Of a stretch of 64,000 bases of DNA, positions 54,110 to 61,165 are shown piece after piece. How positions within the stretch are numbered: the first letter of the stretch is position 1; the number at the start of each line of letters is the position of its first letter. Location: positions 537,531 through 601,530 of the forward strand of contig CAVWSF010000001.1 in the NCBI GenBank assembly GCA_963757605.1, read 5' to 3'. Below the pieces are notes generated by a model. The model was not told the DNA's origin. It saw only the letters and a program-made list of their open reading frames with translations, and did no database searches. A program made the position numbers and the translations under genes. This DNA is from an uncultured Actinomycetes bacterium. Its GTDB lineage: Bacteria; Actinomycetota; Thermoleophilia; Gaiellales; JAICJC01.

Positions 54110-57100
54110 ATGGCTGAGGGCCAGGGTCCCCTCGGCGAGCATCGCTACCGCCTGATCGCCTTCGACTGGGACGGCACCGCCGTCACCGATCGCAGCGAGC
54201 ACCCGGCCGAGCTCGCTCGGGCGATGCAGCGGCTGCTCGACGAGGGCATGCTCCTGGTCGTCATCACCGGGACGAACGCCGACAACGTCGGCGGGCAGAT
54301 CGCCCCGCTCCTCACGCCGTCGGCGCTCTCGCGCCTGTATCTGATGGTGAACCGCGGGTCGGAGGTGTACGCGCACGAGGCCGACGGCACCCGATCGCTG
54401 CTCTGGGCGCGAGAGGCCTCGTCCGAGGAGGACGCCGCGCTCGACCGCGCCGCCGACGCCGTGCGCGACCGCCTCAAGGCCGAGCACGGCATCGAGATCG
54501 ACATCGTGCGAAACCGGCTCAACCGGCGCAAGCTCGACCTGATCCCGACGCCGGAATGGGCCGATCCGCCGAAGGCCCGGATCGGCGAGCTGCTCGCGGC
54601 CGTCGAGGAGCGGCTCCGTCCTGTGCCGGGCGGCATCGGCGCCGTGATCGACATGACCGACGAGGCGGCGAGGGCCGCGGGCCTGCGCGAGCCGCGCATC
54701 ACCACCGACGTGAAGCACGTGGAGGTCGGCCTCACCGACAAGTCCGACTCGATCGCCTACGTCATGCGCAGGCTGGCGCCGGCCCGGGCGATCCTGGCCG
54801 ACGAGGTGCTGCTCGCAGGCGACGAGTTCGGCCCGATCGCCGGCTTCGAGGGCTCCGACTACCGCATGGTCTCGCGGCTCGCGGCCGGCGCCACGATCGT
54901 GTCGGTCGGGCGCGAGCCGAACGGCGTCCCCACCGGCGTCGTCCAGCTCGGCGGCGGGCCGGCGGCGTTCGTGAAGCTGCTCGAGAACCAGGCTGCGCTC
55001 TCGGCGCGCCCGCTCCCGGTCCCCCGGCCCGAGGTCGAGGAGGAGCCGCCGCCGCCTCCGCCGCCTTCCGACGAATGGGTCGTCGAGCGGTCCGGGTACG
55101 ACCCCGTCTCCGAGGCGTCCTCCGAGACGCTCTTCGCCCTCTCGAACGGGTTCATGGGCATCCGCGGCACGTCGGACGAGGACGGGCCCGGCTCGATGCC
55201 GGGGGCGTACGTCGCCGGCCTCTTCGACGGCACCACCGCAGGCCAGGAGGACCTGGTCGTGATCGGCGACTGGGCGGCGACCGAGATCCTGGTCGGCGGC
55301 CGGCCGCTGCGGCCCTGGGAATGGCAGGTGCTCGAGCACGTGCGCCGGCTCGACCTGCGGGCGCTGCGCCTCGAGCGCACGCTTCGGTGCGTCGACCCCG
55401 ACGGTCGCACGCTGCGCCTGCGCTCGCAGCGGATCGCGAGCCTTGCCGACCGGCACGTGGGCGCGATCCGGCTCGAGATCGCGATCGAGGACGGGCCCAG
55501 CGCGCACGTCGCGGTCGTGAGCGCGGTGCGCACCCACGAGGGCCACGGCCCCCTGCCCCACGTCGAGCTGGTCGCCACGGGCAGCGTCGGCGAGATCGCC
55601 GTCCTCCACTCCCGCACGCCTGGAAACCGGGTCGCGGTCGATCATGCGATCGCCGTCACCGGGAGCGCGCGCGGCTCGGCCCTGGCGGGCGAGCACATCG
55701 CCGATGAGGACATGTGCGGACGGGCGGTCGCGTGCGACCTCTCCGCGGGAGAGGAGCTCGTCGTCGACCGGTTCGTGGCCGTGCACACCGAGCGCGAGGT
55801 GCCGCTCCCGGGGCCGTCCGCCGTGCGCGCCGCCCGCTCCGCGCAGAACGCCGGGTTCGACGCCCTGCTCGACGCGCACGCCGCCGCGTGGGCCCAGATC
55901 TGGGAGGTGGCGGACGTCGAGATCGAGGGCGACAGCGCAGCGCAGGTCGGCGTCCGGTTCGCCGCCGCCGAGCTGATCGCGGCGGCCCCGACCGAGGACA
56001 GCCGCTCGTCGATCGCCGCCAAGGGCCTCACCGGGGACGGGTACAAGGGCCACGTCTTCTGGGACACCGACATCTTCCAGCTCCCGTTCTTCGCCGCGGT
56101 CCGCCCCGACATCGCCCGCCGGATCGTCGAGTACCGCATCCTCACGCTGGACGCCGCCCGCCGGAACGCCGAGAGCGCCGGCTTGAAGGGCGCCTGGTTC
56201 GCCTGGGAGAGCGCCGCCACCGGCGAGGACGTGACCCCGTCGTTCGTGCTCGGGCCGGGCGGGCGGCGGCTCGAAGTGCTGACCGGGCACCAGGAGATCC
56301 ATGTGGTCGCCGACGTCGCCTGGGCGATCGAGACCTACGTGCGCACCTCGGGCGACGAGGCGTTCCTCGCCGCCGGCGGCGGCGAGGTGACCGCGGAGGC
56401 TGCCCGCTTCTTCCTGAGCCGGGCTGTCGAGACCGAGCGCGGGTTCGAGATCCACGACGTGATCGGGCCGGACGAGCTGCACGAGCACGTCCGAAACAGC
56501 GGCTTCACCAACACGATGGCGGCCTGGACGCTGCGCCGCGCAGCCGACCTGGCCGAGGCCGGCCACGCCCCGGCGGAGCCGGACGAGCCCCGGGCCTGGC
56601 GCGACGCCGCCGACCGGATGGTCGTCCTGCGCACCGAGGACGGGCTGATCGAGGAGCACGAGGGGTTCATGTCGCTGCCGCTCGCGCCCGACGAGCGGGC
56701 CGGGCGCGACGAGCTCGCATGGCAGCGCGACCGCATGGAGTGGCGCGATGTGAAGCAGGCCGACGTCGTCATGCTGATGGCGCTCCTCGAGCCGCAGTTC
56801 GACGAGGCCGAGCGGGCGGCCAGCTACCGGCTCTACGAGCCGCTCACTCGGCATCTCTCGTCCCTGTCCGAGGCCGTCCACTCGCTGGTCGCGCGGCGCG
56901 TCGGCCTGGGCGACGCGGCCGACGACTACCTCCGCCGGGCGACCGCGATCGACCTCGACGACAGCCGCGGCAACCGGGCCGAGGGCCTGCACATGGCGAC
57001 CCAGGGCGGGCTGTGGCAGGCCGTCGTCCTGGGCTGTGCCGGCGCGCGCGCGCTCGACGACGGCTCGTTCCGGCTCGATCCGCACCTGCCCCAGCGCTGG

Positions 57101-57289
57101 AAGCAGCTCCGGTTCCGGTGGCTTCACCGGGGAACGCCGCTCACCGTCACCGTCTCGGCCGGCGAGCTGGTGGTCGAGGCGGCCGAGGGGTCCGCGGCGA
57201 TCGTGGCTCCAGGATGGTCGGGCGAGGTGCGCGCCGGCGAGCCGCTGCGGCTGGCGCGCGCCGCCGACGGCTGGCGCACCGCCGCCTGA
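54110..57289 (+). CDS. HAD-like hydrolase fused to a GH65 glycoside phosphorylase/hydrolase
   Basis: 1059 aa. N-terminal HAD motif I (AFDWDGT). GH65 blocks FALSNGFMGIRGT, HVFWDTDIF, WFAWESAATGEDVTP and GPDE(L)HE. Confidence 0.85.
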   Translation: MAEGQGPLGEHRYRLIAFDWDGTAVTDRSEHPAELARAMQRLLDEGMLLVVITGTNADNVGGQIAPLLTPSALSRLYLMVNRGSEVYAHEADGTRSLLWAREASSEEDAALDRAADAVRDRLKAEHGIEIDIVRNRLNRRKLDLIPTPEWADPPKARIGELLAAVEERLRPVPGGIGAVIDMTDEAARAAGLREPRITTDVKHVEVGLTDKSDSIAYVMRRLAPARAILADEVLLAGDEFGPIAGFEGSDYRMVSRLAAGATIVSVGREPNGVPTGVVQLGGGPAAFVKLLENQAALSARPLPVPRPEVEEEPPPPPPPSDEWVVERSGYDPVSEASSETLFALSNGFMGIRGTSDEDGPGSMPGAYVAGLFDGTTAGQEDLVVIGDWAATEILVGGRPLRPWEWQVLEHVRRLDLRALRLERTLRCVDPDGRTLRLRSQRIASLADRHVGAIRLEIAIEDGPSAHVAVVSAVRTHEGHGPLPHVELVATGSVGEIAVLHSRTPGNRVAVDHAIAVTGSARGSALAGEHIADEDMCGRAVACDLSAGEELVVDRFVAVHTEREVPLPGPSAVRAARSAQNAGFDALLDAHAAAWAQIWEVADVEIEGDSAAQVGVRFAAAELIAAAPTEDSRSSIAAKGLTGDGYKGHVFWDTDIFQLPFFAAVRPDIARRIVEYRILTLDAARRNAESAGLKGAWFAWESAATGEDVTPSFVLGPGGRRLEVLTGHQEIHVVADVAWAIETYVRTSGDEAFLAAGGGEVTAEAARFFLSRAVETERGFEIHDVIGPDELHEHVRNSGFTNTMAAWTLRRAADLAEAGHAPAEPDEPRAWRDAADRMVVLRTEDGLIEEHEGFMSLPLAPDERAGRDELAWQRDRMEWRDVKQADVVMLMALLEPQFDEAERAASYRLYEPLTRHLSSLSEAVHSLVARRVGLGDAADDYLRRATAIDLDDSRGNRAEGLHMATQGGLWQAVVLGCAGARALDDGSFRLDPHLPQRWKQLRFRWLHRGTPLTVTVSAGELVVEAAEGSAAIVAPGWSGEVRAGEPLRLARAADGWRTAA

Positions 57290-57342
57290 TATTTACGGTT
57301 TCTTGACGAAATCTGGCCGGACAACGGCCGATTTAAGTCGGT

Positions 57343-57837
57343 ATGAAGACGGGTCGGCGCGCCATCGCGCTGGTCGCCGTGGCGGGCATGCTGGGCATTG
57401 CCGCGGGGCCGGCACAGGCTGCAACTCCACAGTGGGTCAATCTCTTCCGGGCCATCAACAAGGTGCGGACATCGCACGGGCTGCGGCCGATCACCCCATC
57501 GCAGAGACTTCGGATCGCCGCCCTGCAGCATTCGCACGACATGCTGTGGCGCGGCTATTTCGGGCACACGAGCCCGACCGGCTCGACGCTGAGCTACCGG
57601 GTCATGAGCTCGGGCTTCGTCACCTACGGCCAGTGGTGGGCGGGCGAGACGCTCGCCTGGGGCAGCGGCGGCTACGGCGATCCGGCCACGGTCGTCAAGG
57701 AGTGGATGCACAGCCCCGAGCACCGAGCCATCCTGCTCTCGGCCCGGTACCGCTTCGTCGGCATCGGCCGCTCGTACGGCACCTTCCTCGGCCAGCCCGG
57801 CGCCGCCGTCTGGACCGTGGACTGGGGACACCGCTAA
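57343..57837 (+). CDS. secreted CAP/SCP (PR-1-like) domain protein
   Basis: Signal peptide ending in (AQA-A). Blocks GYFGHTSP and WMHSPEHRAILL. Confidence 0.8.
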   Translation: MKTGRRAIALVAVAGMLGIAAGPAQAATPQWVNLFRAINKVRTSHGLRPITPSQRLRIAALQHSHDMLWRGYFGHTSPTGSTLSYRVMSSGFVTYGQWWAGETLAWGSGGYGDPATVVKEWMHSPEHRAILLSARYRFVGIGRSYGTFLGQPGAAVWTVDWGHR

Positions 57838-57841
57838 ATAC

Positions 57842-57868
57842 CGCGGGGGAACCCAGGGTTCCCCCGCG
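57842..57868 (+). terminator. strong GC hairpin after the CAP gene
   Basis: CGCGGGGGAAC (57842-57852) pairs with GTTCCCCCGCG (57858-57868), 5 nt after the TAA stop. No U-tract. Confidence 0.5.
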
Positions 57869-58009
57869 AGCCCCCTCCTTAAGGGGACGCGGGAGGCGAG
57901 GTGCGCGCCGGCGAAGAAGAACGCGGTCTTCGCCGTCGCCGCAATCGTTGGGTGCGTAAAACATGTGTACCCGGTACCACTGTTTCAGCCGAGCAGCGGC
58001 TCCGATACG

Positions 58010-58966
58010 ATGAGTCGCATGGTTCCTCGCAAGCTGGTGCTCGCGTCTCCACGCGGCTACTGCGCCGGTGTCGACCGGGCGGTCGACACCGTCGAGCGGG
58101 CGCTCGACCACTTCGGCGCGCCCGTCTACGTCCGCAAGGAGATCGTCCACAACCGCCACGTGGTGAACGAGCTCGCCGCGCGCGGCGCGGTGTTCGTCGA
58201 CTCCGAGCTCGACGTGCCGGAGGGCGCCGTCGTCGTCCTCTCCGCGCACGGGGTGGCCCCCGAGGTCTACCGCAACTCGAAGGCCCGCGCCCTGCGGGTG
58301 CTCGACGCCACCTGCCCGCTCGTCAGCAAGGTGCACGCCGAGGCCCGCCGCTACGCGGCCCGCGGCTACACCATCGTCCTGATTGGGCACGAGGGCCACG
58401 AGGAGGTCGTCGGCACGATGGGCGAGGCGCCCGACGCGATCCAGCTCATCGGCACGGTCGACGAGATCGACGACCTCGAGGTCCGCGACCCGGAGCGGGT
58501 CGCCTACATCACACAGACGACCCTCTCGGTCGACGAGACGCTCGAGATCATCGCCGCCCTGCGCGCCCGCTTCCCGGCCGTCATCGGGCCGGCCAAGGAC
58601 GACATCTGCTACGCGACGCAGAACCGCCAGAACGCGGTCAAGGAGCTGGCGCGAGACGTCGATCTGGTGCTCGTGATCGGGTCGCGCAACTCCTCCAACT
58701 CGAACCGGCTGGTCGACGTGACCCGCGAGATGGGTGTCGCCGCGCACCTGATCGACGACGAGGCGGGCATCGACCCCGCCTGGCTGGACGGGGTCGAGAC
58801 CGTGGGGATCACGTCGGGCGCGTCCGCGCCGGAGTCGCTCGTCACGCGGGTGGTCGAGCACTTCCAGGCGCTCGGCACCGAGCTCGTCGAGTCGCACGAG
58901 CTGGTGGACGAGGACGTCCACTTCTCGCTCCCGGTCGAGCTTCGCCGGGCAGCGACCGCCGGCTAG
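58010..58966 (+). CDS. ispH: 4-hydroxy-3-methylbut-2-enyl diphosphate reductase
   Basis: Blocks PRGYCAGVDRAV, ATCPLVSKVH, GHEGHEEV, ICYATQNRQ and SSNSNRL (three cluster Cys). Confidence 0.95.
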   Translation: MSRMVPRKLVLASPRGYCAGVDRAVDTVERALDHFGAPVYVRKEIVHNRHVVNELAARGAVFVDSELDVPEGAVVVLSAHGVAPEVYRNSKARALRVLDATCPLVSKVHAEARRYAARGYTIVLIGHEGHEEVVGTMGEAPDAIQLIGTVDEIDDLEVRDPERVAYITQTTLSVDETLEIIAALRARFPAVIGPAKDDICYATQNRQNAVKELARDVDLVLVIGSRNSSNSNRLVDVTREMGVAAHLIDDEAGIDPAWLDGVETVGITSGASAPESLVTRVVEHFQALGTELVESHELVDEDVHFSLPVELRRAATAG

Positions 58967-59568
58967 CAGTTCGCCCGCAGGAACTGCCGCAGGGGCCCGA
59001 AGTCGCCCCGGTGCGCCGCCGCGATCTGGCGGTCGGTGGCCGCAAGCGAGCCGCGCGTGTACCCGCCGGCGTCCTCGAGCTGACCGGCCCGGTGGAGCGG
59101 CATCCGGCGCCGCAGCCGCAGCGCCTCGGCGTACGAGCGGGCGACCCCGGCGTCGTCACCGGCCCGGGCCGCGCCGACCCAGTGGCCGTACCAGGCGCAC
59201 TGGGCCTGGCCGATCGCGAACTGGAGCGCGTAGCCCTGGCCGAACACCGAGCTCGGCGGCAGGTCGATCGGCCGCCAGCGCACGCCCTGCGGCAGGTCGA
59301 TGGTGCGCTTGACCGCGGCGTACTCGTGCCGCACGGTGGCGGCGTCGTCGTCCCCCGGGATCGACGAGTAGACGGCGGCGGCGCCCACCAGGAGGGCCGC
59401 CGCCGCAACTGCGGCCGCCAGGGCCGGCCGGCGCCGGGACCGGCGGTGGCCGGGGGCGGGGCTGCTCAGGATGGCGTCGCGCATCGCGCCCGCCTGGGCA
59501 TCGGGGAGCGGCCGCAGCGCGCGCGCCGGATCGTGGCGGCGCAGGAGATCGATCGTGTCGGGCGTCAT
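58963..59568 (-). CDS. single-pass membrane protein co-transcribed with the ECF sigma factor (candidate anti-sigma)
   Basis: The ATG overlaps the sigma gene's stop (ATGA). One TM (ALAAAVAAAALLVGAAAVY) and an extracytoplasmic C-terminal domain. No zinc anti-sigma motif seen. Confidence 0.55.
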   Translation of the reverse strand: MTPDTIDLLRRHDPARALRPLPDAQAGAMRDAILSSPAPGHRRSRRRPALAAAVAAAALLVGAAAVYSSIPGDDDAATVRHEYAAVKRTIDLPQGVRWRPIDLPPSSVFGQGYALQFAIGQAQCAWYGHWVGAARAGDDAGVARSYAEALRLRRRMPLHRAGQLEDAGGYTRGSLAATDRQIAAAHRGDFGPLRQFLRANC

Positions 59569-60137
59569 GACAGGCCTCCGTGGGAGAAGAGGGTGGAGCC
59601 GCCGGCGGGCGTCTCGGCGACCGCGAGCTGGCGCGCCAGGCGGCGCCGGGCGCGGAGCAGCCGCACCGCGACGTTGGCGCGGGTGCACCCGAGGACCGCG
59701 GCGATCTCGTCGCGGCTGAGCCGCTCCCAGGCGGTCAGGAGCAGCACCTCGCGGTCGCGCTCGTCGAGTTGTCGGAGCGCGGCGTGGACAGCGTCGCGTT
59801 CGCCGACGGTCCCCGCCGGGTCGTCGGGCGCCGCGGGCTCGGCCCGTAGGCGGAGCTCGAGCCGGGCCCGGCGGACGTCGCCGCGGCGCTGGTTCAGGCG
59901 GATGTTTCTGGCCACGCCCAGGAGCCACGGCAGCGGCTCACCGGGCACGGCGTCCAGGCGGCGCCAGCAGACCAGGAACGTCTCCGCCGTGACGTCGTCC
60001 GCCAGCTCCGGGTCGCGCCGCCACAGGTACGCCCGCACCGCCTCGCGGTGGGCATCGAAGAGCTCCGTGAAGCGCGCCTCTCGCAGGTCGTCGGGCACTC
60101 GGTCCTCCGTCGTCGGGGGCGGTCGTCTCCCGTTCAT
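59565..60137 (-). CDS. ECF (sigma-70 family group 4) sigma factor
   Basis: Region 2 (DDVTAETFLVCWRRL, LLGVARN) and region 4 HTH (LSRDEIAAVLGCTRANVAVRLLRARRRL). Confidence 0.9.
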   Translation of the reverse strand: MNGRRPPPTTEDRVPDDLREARFTELFDAHREAVRAYLWRRDPELADDVTAETFLVCWRRLDAVPGEPLPWLLGVARNIRLNQRRGDVRRARLELRLRAEPAAPDDPAGTVGERDAVHAALRQLDERDREVLLLTAWERLSRDEIAAVLGCTRANVAVRLLRARRRLARQLAVAETPAGGSTLFSHGGLS

Positions 60138-60162
60138 GTCCGGATCGCCCTGCGAGATTGCG

Positions 60163-61158
60163 TCAGCCGGCGAGCGCCGCCAGGAGCTCGGACTCGCGTT
60201 CGGGCGAGAGCGTCGCCTCCGAGCGGAGCTCCGGGTGCTCGCGGTCCCACGAGATCGTGTCGCGCACGACGTCCTCGACCGGCCGGAACGCGAGCCCCTC
60301 GGAAACGGCCCGCGCAGAGCTGATCTGCATGAAGCCGGCGTCCGTGGGATCCGCCCCCTCGCCGACCCAGAGCGGCAGCTCGGTCCACGGCTCGACGCCG
60401 GCGTCGATCAGCGCCCGCTCGTCGGCCCACACCGGCCGTGCCCCGGAGCCCGAGACGGCCGCGCAGGCGGCGAAGAGCACCCCCATGCCGACCGGCTCGG
60501 CCGGCCCGCAGGCGTTGAACGTCCCCGTGAGGCCGCGGCGGACGGCGGCCAGGATCCAGGCCGCCAGGTCGCGCCCGTCCACGAACTGCACCGGCCGCTC
60601 CGGCGCGCCCGGCAGGAGGACGTCCCCTCCGGCGGCGATCCGGCGCGGCCAGTAGGTGAAGCGATCGGTCGGGTCCCACGGGCCGACGATGAGGCCCGGG
60701 CGCACGTTCAGGACGCGGCCGGGCATCGCCGCCTCGGCCGCCTCCTCGCAGAGTGCCTTCAGGCCGCCGTACGTCTCGTCGTCGATCACCTCGGTGGCCG
60801 GGTCGGCCAACCGGGCGACCGGTGCCGACTCGTCGACTCCGGCCTCCCCAACGCTGCCGTAGACCGACTCGCTCGAGATGAACGTGTAGTGGCCGCACCG
60901 CTCGGCGAGGGCGGCGGCCGACAGGGCGACGACGCGCGGGACGTACCCACACGTGTCGACGACCGCGTCCCACTCGCCGCCCGCGAGCCCCTCGAGGCCG
61001 CCGTCGCGATCGCCCGCGATCCGCTCAACCCGTCCGGCGAAGAGGCCCGGGTTCGTGCGGCCGCGGTGAAAGAGCGTGACCGAGTCGCCCGCCTCGAGCG
61101 CTGCGTCGACCAGGTGCCGGCCGAGGAACTGCGTGCCGCCGAGGACGAGGAGGCGCAC
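60163..61158 (-). CDS. NAD-dependent epimerase/dehydratase family (extended SDR) protein
   Basis: N-terminal block MRLLVLGGTQFLGRHLV. 331 aa. Confidence 0.8.
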   Translation of the reverse strand: MRLLVLGGTQFLGRHLVDAALEAGDSVTLFHRGRTNPGLFAGRVERIAGDRDGGLEGLAGGEWDAVVDTCGYVPRVVALSAAALAERCGHYTFISSESVYGSVGEAGVDESAPVARLADPATEVIDDETYGGLKALCEEAAEAAMPGRVLNVRPGLIVGPWDPTDRFTYWPRRIAAGGDVLLPGAPERPVQFVDGRDLAAWILAAVRRGLTGTFNACGPAEPVGMGVLFAACAAVSGSGARPVWADERALIDAGVEPWTELPLWVGEGADPTDAGFMQISSARAVSEGLAFRPVEDVVRDTISWDREHPELRSEATLSPERESELLAALAG

Positions 61159-61165
61159 GCCCCTG

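Noticed and set aside
53399-57127. 1242-aa ORF on the minus strand
   Set aside because: It is antisense to the HAD-GH65 and L,D-transpeptidase genes. Its translation is an Arg/Gly/Pro/Ala-rich low-complexity product typical of stop-poor antisense frames in high-GC DNA, whereas the plus strand carries clear family motifs.
57313-57346. Hairpin AAATC-T-GGCCG-GACAA-CGGCC-GATTT after the GH65 gene, and a TTGACG -35-like hexamer
   Set aside because: The GC stem is only 5 bp. The TTGACG has no -10 partner at 16-19 nt. Both are too weak to call a terminator or a promoter.
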